Shown here: piece by piece, positions 46,164 to 54,907 of the stretch | Layout of the letters: every line of letters begins with the position of its first letter | Position numbering within the stretch: position 1 is the stretch's first letter | IMG/VR virus record: IMGVR_UViG_3300028797_000005 | Location: 1-64,000 of that record | Length of the DNA: 64,000 bases | Direction: 5' to 3' (one strand) | DNA from: a virus | Taxonomy: Duplodnaviria > Caudoviricetes | Made by a program: the position numbers and the translations under genes | The notes under the pieces: model-generated | Database searches by the model: none | Seen by the model: only the letters and a program-made list of their open reading frames with translations | Told to the model about the DNA's origin: nothing

Positions 46164-46252
46164 TTTCTTTTCCTTTCACTAATAATCCAGTCTGTAATTA
46201 AAAATCCACAAGCAAATCCACCTAAACCACAAATAAAATATATCGCCGCCAT
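46160..46252 (-). CDS. 30-aa membrane peptide
   Basis: read manually; MAAIYFICGLGGFACGFLI. Confidence 0.45.
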   Translation of the reverse strand: MAAIYFICGLGGFACGFLITDWIISERKRK

Positions 46253-46279
46253 ACCTACACCTCTTTCAATTCTATATAT

Positions 46280-46340
46280 AGTATATCATATATTTATATT
46301 TTTTTCAAATTTTGACTTTTTTTAAAAAATACGATATACT
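46280..46340. promoter_or_regulatory. back-to-back divergent promoters at the strand switch
   Basis: minus TTGAAA-N17-TATACT 46280-46308; plus TTGACT-N17-TATACT 46312-46340. Confidence 0.85.
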
Positions 46341-46346
46341 ATAATT

Positions 46347-46627
46347 GGTGAGGTGGAAAGTAGTGAAGTCCACATAAAACTCATCGGGAGGCGACGGCTG
46401 AAACCGGCGTGGCATATTCGTAAGGGATATGCTAGTATATTCACGATCCTTGACGGCTCCGGAAGCGGTGCTGCTAAAACGCGTTTTAATCCATAGCTTA
46501 TAGGAAGTTAAAGTAGGTCTGGGCTGGCGTTCAGGCTTATTAAGTGTACCCAAATTCCGATTTTCGATTTGCGATGAGAGGGGTTTGGGGAGAGTATTTT
46601 TCTTAACTTCCTAAGCGGTGGATTAAA
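46347..46627 (+). ncRNA. putative ~280-nt structured ncRNA
   Basis: own promoter, no plus-strand ORF, nested helices. Confidence 0.55.
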
Positions 46628-46687
46628 TTTGATTTTTTTATAAATTTATTATATAATAAATATATAATAGTAAGGAAGGATAAAAGA

Positions 46688-47170
46688 ATGATATGTATTT
46701 ACACCGACGGCGCTTGTAGTTTTAATGGATCATCTGATGCAATAGCAGGATGGTCTTTTTGCGTTGTTAGAGGGAATGAACTATTAGATAAATATTATGG
46801 TACTGTTTATAATGGAACCAATAATATTGGCGAACTTTGGGGTATCCTTAGCGCATTGACTTATATTGATAAATGGGCAGAAGAAGAAACTGAAATTATT
46901 ATTTATTCTGATTCAGCTTATTGTGTTAATGGCGCAAATGAATGGCGGCATAATTGGCGGTGCAATGGTTGGAAAAGAAGTAGTGGAGAACTTAAGAACG
47001 CAGAACTCTGGCAAAGCATTGATTATTTCTTAAATAAACACCCTAATGTAAGAATAGAAAAAGTTAAGGGCCATGCTGGAGTTGATTGGAACGATTATGC
47101 TGACACACTAGCTAAGAAAGGAGTAGAAGATGGAAAAAATAGTCATAGACCTGACGAACTTTACGGATAG
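46688..47170 (+). CDS. rnhA: ribonuclease HI
   Basis: YTDGAC, TNNIGEL, SDSAY, KNAELW, VKGHAG..WNDYADTLA. Confidence 0.95.
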   Translation: MICIYTDGACSFNGSSDAIAGWSFCVVRGNELLDKYYGTVYNGTNNIGELWGILSALTYIDKWAEEETEIIIYSDSAYCVNGANEWRHNWRCNGWKRSSGELKNAELWQSIDYFLNKHPNVRIEKVKGHAGVDWNDYADTLAKKGVEDGKNSHRPDELYG

Positions 47171-47642
47171 AGAAGACCAGCTTAATTTACTTGCTATGTT
47201 TATTGTAAATAGGGCGGCCATGTATGATGGTACGAAGTATAATAGAATTGCCGTCGAACTTTCAGATGATGCAATCAGTTGTACTGCTTATCATTTCTTA
47301 ACTATTATCAGTAATTATAATAAGATTCCTATTTATGTAAACTGGAAAGCTAGGGCGGCAAGATATGTCAATCATAAAGCATTAAGATTTAGACCGCAGT
47401 TTTGGCTTGAATGGATTAAGAAAAAGGAAGATACGCTTTATCTTGACTGTGTATCTACTACGACATTTGAATTAAGCCATGATGTCCCAAAAATTTTTTC
47501 CGGATTCTCAAAGCAAGAAATTGAAGAAATTGCCGAAAAGCTCTATGGCTGGCAAGATGACTTACAGAGTTACAAAGAATGGAAGAAACAACTTAAGAAG
47601 GAGCTAAAAAATGCACGTAATAACAGTAAGCGGGAAGGCTAG
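47130..47642 (+). CDS. hypothetical protein
   Basis: ORF track. Confidence 0.7.
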   Translation: MEKIVIDLTNFTDREDQLNLLAMFIVNRAAMYDGTKYNRIAVELSDDAISCTAYHFLTIISNYNKIPIYVNWKARAARYVNHKALRFRPQFWLEWIKKKEDTLYLDCVSTTTFELSHDVPKIFSGFSKQEIEEIAEKLYGWQDDLQSYKEWKKQLKKELKNARNNSKREG

Positions 47643-48147
47643 ACATGGTAAGGATACTGCGGCAGAATACATGGGCGATTGGCTCAAGATGCACGGTTAT
47701 TCATACATGATAGTGCATTATGCTGATTTGCTTAAGTTCATTCTCCGTGAATATTATCATTGGAATGGTTCTAAAGACAAAGATGGTAGAGCGTTACTTC
47801 AGCACGTCGGCACAGATATTGCCAGGAAGAAAGATCCAGACTTTTGGATTAAACAGCTAGAAGCAATTATTAACACTTTCTTCTCCCATGTTCATTTTAT
47901 AATTATCGCCGATGCTCGTTTCCCAAATGAAATTGAACATTGGATAGAGCAAGGTAAATTGGAACTATGCGTTAAAGTAGTGCGGCCTGAAGAAAAACTG
48001 CCCGAACATCTTACTCCGGTAGCTAAGCTGCATGAATCTGAAACCGCACTTGATGATTATAATTTTGACTATACTATTGTAGCTGAAGACTTGAATGAAT
48101 TAAAAGATGCTGTAACTATGGTAATGAATGAGGCAATTGAAGCATGA
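47611..48147 (+). CDS. dNMP kinase-like P-loop protein
   Basis: SGKARHGKDT, YADLLK, R.LLQ.VGT, DARFPNE, HESE. Confidence 0.85.
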   Translation: MHVITVSGKARHGKDTAAEYMGDWLKMHGYSYMIVHYADLLKFILREYYHWNGSKDKDGRALLQHVGTDIARKKDPDFWIKQLEAIINTFFSHVHFIIIADARFPNEIEHWIEQGKLELCVKVVRPEEKLPEHLTPVAKLHESETALDDYNFDYTIVAEDLNELKDAVTMVMNEAIEA

Positions 48148-48479
48148 GTATAGAAAATGCGAAGATTACAGATGTTTCTCTTACGTTTGAAGACCATGGT
48201 TGTTTGACTTTTTACATAACTGTAGAAGGAAACGGTTGGGGAGTCAGTATTGGCGGTTACTGTATTGGTAAAGGCTATCGCGGTGCCAAGGAGTTTACAT
48301 CTACTGATAAAGGTTTAGTAGCTATGATGAAAATTATGGATGTCATTGGTGTTGATAAATGGGAAGACATTAAAGGAAAATATTGCAGAATAGAAATAGG
48401 TAACTGGGGTGACACAGTTCATAAAATTGGTAATATTATAACAGATAAATGGGTAGATTTGAAAGAGGAATTTAAATGA
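48144..48479 (+). CDS. conserved hypothetical phage protein
   Basis: ENAKI...L.FEDHG. Confidence 0.75.
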   Translation: MSIENAKITDVSLTFEDHGCLTFYITVEGNGWGVSIGGYCIGKGYRGAKEFTSTDKGLVAMMKIMDVIGVDKWEDIKGKYCRIEIGNWGDTVHKIGNIITDKWVDLKEEFK

Positions 48480-48637
48480 CAATAGGAGAAGTAATTGCAT
48501 TATTAACAACTTATTGTTCTGATGAAGATTATCTACTTATGTGTAGATCAATTTATAGTATTGAAGTAGATGATGATTCAATAATTATATATACAAAAGA
48601 TGGTAAATCTGATATTATAATTAAAAGAGGAATTTAA
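48476..48637 (+). CDS. 53-aa hypothetical protein flanked by 18-bp direct repeats
   Basis: read manually; ATGA coupling. Confidence 0.55.
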   Translation: MTIGEVIALLTTYCSDEDYLLMCRSIYSIEVDDDSIIIYTKDGKSDIIIKRGI

Positions 48638-49741
48638 ATGAATGGAATAATTAGTGGATTTGATTTTTATAATGCAGAGGCTCAGAAATATTGGTCGTTC
48701 CCTGCATCATATGATAACAAGAAAAGAACAGATACTCTGAACTCAATGCTTTACTCTAATGATTATATTGCTTCAGAGAAGCGCGATGGTTACTTCCAAT
48801 TTGTTATTAAAGACGATGAGGGAGATGTCTTAATGCGCGCTCGTTCTAAAGGCGTCAATGGCTGGGTCTTTAAACAAGACTGGGTGCCGCATCTTAATCC
48901 ATTCTTTGAAGCACTTCCTAATGGTACTTGCCTTGTCTGTGAAGTCTATATTCCTGGTAAGACGAGTAAGAATATTACTACTATCTTAGGCTGTTTGAAA
49001 GAGAAAGCTATTCAGCGGCAAGAAAAAGGTGACAAACTGCGTCTTAGTGTATTTGACGTATTAGCTTGGGATGGTGAGCTGCTCTATAATAAACCTATTA
49101 TTGAGCGTGTGAAATATTTACATGAATTACCTACTCCAGAATATGTCGATGTTGTAACATATTGGGATGGTCCCGAAAATATCACAGAGAACTGGCTTAA
49201 TATCTTATCAAGGGGCGGTGAAGGTGTAGTCCTTACGCGCAAGGATAACAAGTACGAGTTCGGTAAAAGAACAGCAAAGCATACTCTGAAACTTAAGAAA
49301 GAGCTGTCCGATACACTTGATGTATTCCTTACCGGTCGCTGGAAAGAACCAACTGTTCAGTATAGTGGTACTGAATTAGCCACTTGGCCATATTGGTACA
49401 ATGTACTGAAAGATGAGCGTGTTTATGGCGACATGAGTACAAGAGTTCATAATAATGAGTTTATTCCTGTTACCAAACTCTTCTTTAATAAATGGGCGGC
49501 CGCAGTTGAAATTGCTATGATTATTGATGGTAAAGAAACTCCTATTGGTTGGATTTCCGGTGTAAGTGATGATGTTCGAGAAGAGATTGTTAAAATGCCG
49601 GAAGAATATATTCATCAAGTAGTTGAGCTTCAGGCTATGGAAATTGATACAAGTGGAAAAACTCCTACTCTGCGCCATGCTAAAATTGTAAACTGGCGTA
49701 GTGATAAAAATTGGCAGGATTGTATTTGGCATGAGAAGTAA
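48638..49741 (+). CDS. ATP-dependent DNA ligase
   Basis: SEKRDG, VFDVL, EGVVL, Y..GKR....LKLK, LRH. Confidence 0.9.
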   Translation: MNGIISGFDFYNAEAQKYWSFPASYDNKKRTDTLNSMLYSNDYIASEKRDGYFQFVIKDDEGDVLMRARSKGVNGWVFKQDWVPHLNPFFEALPNGTCLVCEVYIPGKTSKNITTILGCLKEKAIQRQEKGDKLRLSVFDVLAWDGELLYNKPIIERVKYLHELPTPEYVDVVTYWDGPENITENWLNILSRGGEGVVLTRKDNKYEFGKRTAKHTLKLKKELSDTLDVFLTGRWKEPTVQYSGTELATWPYWYNVLKDERVYGDMSTRVHNNEFIPVTKLFFNKWAAAVEIAMIIDGKETPIGWISGVSDDVREEIVKMPEEYIHQVVELQAMEIDTSGKTPTLRHAKIVNWRSDKNWQDCIWHEK

Positions 49742-50120
49742 AGGTGAGCAATTAATTGCTACTCTTCTTAATAAGAGTAATATTAAGTTTAGGACAGAAG
49801 CTACTCTGCGCGGCTGTAAGGGATATAGAGGTAAACTATTACGTTTTGACTTTTATATCCCAAGTAAGAATTGCTGTATAGAATGGCATGGCGAACAGCA
49901 TTATCAGTTCGTTAAGCATTTTAGCAAGAGTCAAAAAGAGTGGTTATATAGGAGAGAGATGGACTTGAGAAAAGCCCAATATTGTCTTGAGCATAATATT
50001 GCTCTTTATGTCATTCCTTATACAGATTATGATTTACTAAAAACTGCCGACGATATATTTCAAGACAAGTATAGGGTAAAAAGTAAGTGGTATCTTTATG
50101 AGCAAAATAATAAAAGCTAA
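49731..50120 (+). CDS. PD-(D/E)XK (Vsr/DUF559-like) endonuclease
   Basis: SKGE, LRFDFY, IEWHGEQHY, D..K..YC. Confidence 0.8.
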   Translation: MRSKGEQLIATLLNKSNIKFRTEATLRGCKGYRGKLLRFDFYIPSKNCCIEWHGEQHYQFVKHFSKSQKEWLYRREMDLRKAQYCLEHNIALYVIPYTDYDLLKTADDIFQDKYRVKSKWYLYEQNNKS

Positions 50121-50280
50121 GTATTGCCAATTTTGTGGAAAACTTTTTCCATGGAATTATCCGTATAATAAATGTGATCAATGCGGTCGAGATAATTTGA
50201 AAATCGCCATAGCTGAAGTTAATAAGTTTTATATAGCGCAAGATGCAGAGATAATAAGTAGTGAGCCGATTAAAAAATAA
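50098..50280 (+). CDS. small zinc-ribbon protein
   Basis: CQFC...CDQC. Confidence 0.55.
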   Translation: MSKIIKAKYCQFCGKLFPWNYPYNKCDQCGRDNLKIAIAEVNKFYIAQDAEIISSEPIKK

Positions 50281-50351
50281 CGGCTCTTTTTATTTGAGAA
50301 ATTTGCAAATTTCTACATTTATGTTATAATATAATTAAATGGAGGTAAAAT

Positions 50352-51293
50352 ATGTATTTATACACTACAATTTTGCTTCTAATTTGTTGTATTGTAATTA
50401 TTATAAAAACACAAGTAGACAAGAAAAATGTAGAAAAAATTCAACACAAACGCCAAGTACTTCAAGAATTAGAACAAGATTTAATTGTTAAAGAAAATGC
50501 TTATCTTACATTAGGCGAATTAGAAGCAGAAGAACAGCAACGCTTAAGAGATATAGAATCTCAAGTAAAAAATTATAACAATACTTTAGAGCAACTTGCG
50601 CGTGATGGCAGAAGAACAATGGCTGAGCAACTTGGACAAGAAGAAATTGCACGCCGCAACTTGCTCAATGAAAAAATGAATAAAGAGGAAGAAGCCCTCT
50701 GGGAAGAATATCTGCAAAGAAAACAGACATATGAGGATTTGCTTGGCCCAATTAAAGCTGAATTAGCTGAATATCAAGCAAAAAAAGAAGCAACTATTGA
50801 GGCTATGAAGCGCGAGCAGGAACTGCAAGATAATCTGAACTTCCATCGCATATGTCTAAAAGAAGCAGATATAGAGGACATCGCCTATCTTAATTCAATC
50901 TTAAACAAATTATCCAATAAAACTGCTATTGCAAAGGTGATTTATGACGTTTACATCGCGGGGCCAGCTAAAGAAATGCTTACAAGAGTTGTCGGATCAA
51001 CTACTAAATCCGGTATATACCGTATTACTGATGTTAATACTCAAGAGTGTTATGTGGGCCAATCAACGGACTTGAAGGCACGCTTAACACAGCATATACG
51101 CGGTAGTCTAGGTATTCAGACTATTGCTGACCAGCGGATTCACCATGCGATGGCTGAACGTGGTATTCAGAATTGGACTTTTGAAATCCTTGAAACTTGT
51201 GATAAAAAGGATTTAAATAACAGAGAAAAATATTGGATTAACTATTACAAGAGCAACGAGTTTGGCTTTAATAATACAAAGGGTAATAAATAA
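50352..51293 (+). CDS. TM + coiled-coil + C-terminal GIY-YIG nuclease
   Basis: SGIYRIT....CYVGQS...R..QH...E..WI....GFN. Confidence 0.85.
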   Translation: MYLYTTILLLICCIVIIIKTQVDKKNVEKIQHKRQVLQELEQDLIVKENAYLTLGELEAEEQQRLRDIESQVKNYNNTLEQLARDGRRTMAEQLGQEEIARRNLLNEKMNKEEEALWEEYLQRKQTYEDLLGPIKAELAEYQAKKEATIEAMKREQELQDNLNFHRICLKEADIEDIAYLNSILNKLSNKTAIAKVIYDVYIAGPAKEMLTRVVGSTTKSGIYRITDVNTQECYVGQSTDLKARLTQHIRGSLGIQTIADQRIHHAMAERGIQNWTFEILETCDKKDLNNREKYWINYYKSNEFGFNNTKGNK

Positions 51294-53176
51294 TGCAATT
51301 TAGTGATGAACAGATGGCAATTATTGAGGCGCCACTTGATGAAAAGACCATTGTAATGGCTAGTGCGGCCTCAGGGAAAACAGCCACATTAACAGAACGA
51401 ATTAAATATGTAATTAGTCATGGTATTGACCCAGCTAAAGTTGTGGTCTTAACCTTTACTAACAATGCCGCCGCAGAAATGAGAGATCGGCTTGGAGCGC
51501 ATTATTACCCAGGAATGTTCATGGGTACTATTCACTCTTATGCCAATTTCCTCCTCACTTCACGTGGCTTTAATACAGCTATGATTCGTGATGATGAAGA
51601 TTTTGATAGACTTTTTGAAATGATAGAAGAGAATCCGGAGGTAGTGCGACCTGTGGATTATTTGCTTTGCGATGAAAGTCAAGACTTGAATAAAGAGCAA
51701 TTCCTCTTCATCTCTGAAGTAATTGATCCATTAGCATCATTAATTGTAGGAGATATTCGTCAATGTCAACCGAAAGGCACAAAAATTTTATTAAGGAATA
51801 ATATTGAAAAAAATATTGAAGATATTTTACCAGGTGACTCAATAGTTTATTATGAGCCAGAAAAAGGAAGAGCTTGCAGTTTAGGTAACAAGGCATATAA
51901 TTCAATTAATAAAACTGTTAAAAAAATTGAAAAAAGTTATACTAACGATTTAATTACTATTGTAACTGAAGATAATAAAATTAGTCAATATACTCCAAAT
52001 CATCGTACATATGTAAAATTAAATAATGATTTAGATAAATATGCTGTTTATTTAATGTGTGATGATAATTACAATTTTAGAATTGGCATGATTGCTATTC
52101 GTGGAACAGAGTGTTCTGTTGCTTGGCGCGTAAAAATGAAAAATGAAGGATGCTCAAAAATTTGGATAGTTAAAATTTGTAATACAAGAAAAGAAGCACG
52201 AGTTGAGGAAGCTCGGATGTCTTATCAATATGGAATCCCTCAAATTTGTTGGCAGACGGATAAAGTAAGCTGGACTAATGAAGACATTCAATATATATAC
52301 TCAAAAATTAATACTAAAGAAAGAGCAAAAAAATGTTTAGAAGATAATGGATTATTTTTAGAATATCCTTTATTAGATTTAAATATTGAATGGTCTAAAA
52401 ATAATCATTTTGCTGGCAATGCGAGTATTCAGATTTTTGCTGCAAATATTTTCCCAGAATATATGGATGCCTTATGTTATGATGGCTTTATGAAGACTAA
52501 CCATAGTAATAAATATTTTAGTACTATTATTCATGTAGAAAAAGAAAAAACTGAATCTCGGGTAGAGGTATATAGTCTTCAGGTAGAAGGTGGTAATTAT
52601 GTTGCAGATGGAATAATTACTCATAATTCTATTTATGGATTCAGAGGGGCTGAGCCTAAAATGCTCCTACGCCTTATGAGTAAACCTGAGTATACTGTGC
52701 GCGAACTAACTCAAAACTATCGTAATGGTAAGAAGATTATAGATTTCTCCAATAAATTTATTGAGAAAATGAAGAACGTTCCAAAGACCTTTGTAAAAGG
52801 TATGAGAGGCGAACAAGGTAAAGTTCAACTTATTACACAATTCGACATTCTTAACACAATAAAAAAAGACCCCGAATGGGGTCATTGGGCAATTCTATGT
52901 AGAACCAACAAAAAAGTTGATCAAATAATGGGATTGCTAGTTCGTCAAGGCATACCTTGCATAACTTTTAGACAAGCGCAAGGTAGCCTTGACGACCTAA
53001 AGGAGAAAATGAATGAAGATGCTGTTAAAGTTTTGACCATCCATTCATCTAAAGGGCTAGAATTTGATAAGGTCATTGTTTGTGACACCTTCAGTAAGGG
53101 CCAAGATAATATTAGATTAAATTATGTTGCTGTCACGCGTGCACGTGACGAATTATATATTGTAGCTAAGAACTAG
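51293..53176 (+). CDS. UvrD/PcrA-like SF1 helicase with intein
   Basis: ASAASGKT, LTFTNNAA.EM, DESQD, GD..Q/SIYGFRG, NYR, TIHSSKGLEF, YVAVTRAR. Confidence 0.92.
   Translation: MQFSDEQMAIIEAPLDEKTIVMASAASGKTATLTERIKYVISHGIDPAKVVVLTFTNNAAAEMRDRLGAHYYPGMFMGTIHSYANFLLTSRGFNTAMIRDDEDFDRLFEMIEENPEVVRPVDYLLCDESQDLNKEQFLFISEVIDPLASLIVGDIRQCQPKGTKILLRNNIEKNIEDILPGDSIVYYEPEKGRACSLGNKAYNSINKTVKKIEKSYTNDLITIVTEDNKISQYTPNHRTYVKLNNDLDKYAVYLMCDDNYNFRIGMIAIRGTECSVAWRVKMKNEGCSKIWIVKICNTRKEARVEEARMSYQYGIPQICWQTDKVSWTNEDIQYIYSKINTKERAKKCLEDNGLFLEYPLLDLNIEWSKNNHFAGNASIQIFAANIFPEYMDALCYDGFMKTNHSNKYFSTIIHVEKEKTESRVEVYSLQVEGGNYVADGIITHNSIYGFRGAEPKMLLRLMSKPEYTVRELTQNYRNGKKIIDFSNKFIEKMKNVPKTFVKGMRGEQGKVQLITQFDILNTIKKDPEWGHWAILCRTNKKVDQIMGLLVRQGIPCITFRQAQGSLDDLKEKMNEDAVKVLTIHSSKGLEFDKVIVCDTFSKGQDNIRLNYVAVTRARDELYIVAKN
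51764..52627 (+). mobile_element. intein (288 aa) in helicase motif III
   Basis: Q|CQPKGT..., TPNH block B, ...YVADGIITHN|S. Confidence 0.92.
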
Positions 53177-53628
53177 CCTACTGTATTTCCATTACCTTCT
53201 TCAGCTGGCGGTGTGTCTCCACCATTATCTGCTTCTGGCTCAGTATTACTAAATACCCAATATTCTTCTTCGCTATCATAAACTAAATAAGAATTTAAAC
53301 TAATATAATAGTCTCCTGTGCCAGATAAAATGAAGCAATCTAATCCATCACTTGGAGCAGTAGGTGTTGCATCTTCAAGAAGCATAATTCTATATAAAGA
53401 ACTTGCACTTGGAGCTGCGAGACCATCTACATAGCTAACGTGTGCTTCAGTCTGTTTAATTTCATAAACAGGAACTTCTACATTCTTTAATGCACCTTCT
53501 GGTACTCTGGCAGCTTCATCGGCTGCCTCTTTTTCTGCCGCATACTGTGCAACCATAGATTCAATCTGATTAGGATTGCTATTATATGGTGTTTTTACGA
53601 CATACTGTCTAATTTCTTGTAAAGTCAT
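53173..53628 (-). CDS. hypothetical (possibly virion) protein
   Basis: YV.KTPYNSNP N-terminus. Confidence 0.65.
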   Translation of the reverse strand: MTLQEIRQYVVKTPYNSNPNQIESMVAQYAAEKEAADEAARVPEGALKNVEVPVYEIKQTEAHVSYVDGLAAPSASSLYRIMLLEDATPTAPSDGLDCFILSGTGDYYISLNSYLVYDSEEEYWVFSNTEPEADNGGDTPPAEEGNGNTVG

Positions 53629-53631
53629 TGA

Positions 53632-53826
53632 TTATTCCTCCACTTCAGGTAAGCCTGTTGCTACTGAAGTAAGAAGTGATAAAATACCTGCTAAAACAGA
53701 AGCTGAAGCAACGACTACCCAATTTACATCGGTAAGCACATATGCAGTACCGATAGATGCAATAGCGGTTTGGCAAATTGTTTTAATAGCACGAATACCA
53801 GCCGCTTTCCAAAATTCTTTATTCAT
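53632..53826 (-). CDS. holin (r1t-like)
   Basis: [14 protein letters not shown]....DVNW....[18 protein letters not shown]. Confidence 0.88.
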   Translation of the reverse strand: MNKEFWKAAGIRAIKTICQTAIASIGTAYVLTDVNWVVVASASVLAGILSLLTSVATGLPEVEE

Positions 53827-53835
53827 GGCTTTCTC

Positions 53836-54249
53836 CTATAAAAAATCATTATTTGTTAATGCAGCATGGTAAACTTCATTAACATATTTAATTGCATGAG
53901 CCGCTTTATTATTCTTAAATCCCTCATGCTCTTTACAATAGGTTTCATAAAGAGTAATATCTTCATTAAGCTGATCAAAATACTCTTCTGAATGTTTAAT
54001 TGTACTGTGTCTGATACCATCGGCGGCCTGAAGGATTCTAACTCTAGCATTTATTGCTTCATTCTTATCAATCATTTCAATAATGCCCTTGATTTCCTTA
54101 CGAATTGCATCTAATTCTTCAGACACTTTTTTATCATCTTTGGCATTATCGTCCTTCCGTTTGATTAAGAATTGTATAAAATTGAATAATCCTGTGGCCC
54201 CTATAACAGACCCAGCTATCGTGACAACCAATTCCCAATTCATTGTCAC
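53836..54249 (-). CDS. holin-associated membrane protein
   Basis: N-terminal TM, coiled coil, R.RIL...YE.YC..H..FKN. Confidence 0.65.
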   Translation of the reverse strand: MTMNWELVVTIAGSVIGATGLFNFIQFLIKRKDDNAKDDKKVSEELDAIRKEIKGIIEMIDKNEAINARVRILQAADGIRHSTIKHSEEYFDQLNEDITLYETYCKEHEGFKNNKAAHAIKYVNEVYHAALTNNDFL

Positions 54250-54438
54250 AACCTCCTAGAAAATGCTAACAATATTAAGTTCAAATCGAGTAGGAGCCTA
54301 CTTCCCTATTCTTATTGTAAGTGAGATTTTTCATATAACTTTATAATACTTCAAATTAAAATTTGACTTTTAAACATATTTATTATATAATAAATTATAA
54401 GAAAAATTGAGTGTAGATATACGGATTGGAGTATAAAA

Positions 54439-54672
54439 ATGACCGACAGAGAAATCGAAATGGTAAATGACGAGGATTGCTGGATTGAATATCTTGGAAA
54501 TCTTTATGAGTTTGTTGGAATGTTAGGTATGCACTTTGTATTCTCCGATGTTAATAACGGAGATGCGATTGCGCTTAGCAGAAATACTCTTCATAATAGC
54601 TGTTTCATTATCCATCCGTCTGAATTAGAAGAAATCGAAAGAGGAGACCATATTCATGCCAGCGGGATTTAA
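54439..54672 (+). CDS. hypothetical protein
   Basis: ORF track; promoter 54363-54391. Confidence 0.65.
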   Translation: MTDREIEMVNDEDCWIEYLGNLYEFVGMLGMHFVFSDVNNGDAIALSRNTLHNSCFIIHPSELEEIERGDHIHASGI

Positions 54673-54907
54673 TTATGTTGATACAGAAGTTAAACTTATA
54701 GAAAGGCAATATCGTTGCCCAGAATGTAAAAGGGGATTTCTTATATTTCAAAGTGATGAGGTTGTCGTTACAACTTGGCCTCCACTTTATCCTCATAGAT
54801 GTAATAAATGCAGATATGAAGTAAAGTTACAAGGTAATACTTATCCTTCATTTTATATTCAAGATTCAAACGGTGAAAGAAATGTCTATCTCACAAGCAA
54901 AGTATGA
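54656..54907 (+). CDS. zinc-ribbon protein
   Basis: CPEC...PP.YPH.CNKC...YP. Confidence 0.7.
   Translation: MPAGFNYVDTEVKLIERQYRCPECKRGFLIFQSDEVVVTTWPPLYPHRCNKCRYEVKLQGNTYPSFYIQDSNGERNVYLTSKV

Noticed and set aside
46440-46480. SRP RNA (TCCGGAAG resemblance) or 6S RNA
   Set aside because: Lacks the CAGG/AGCAG helix-8 internal loop and a clear central bubble.
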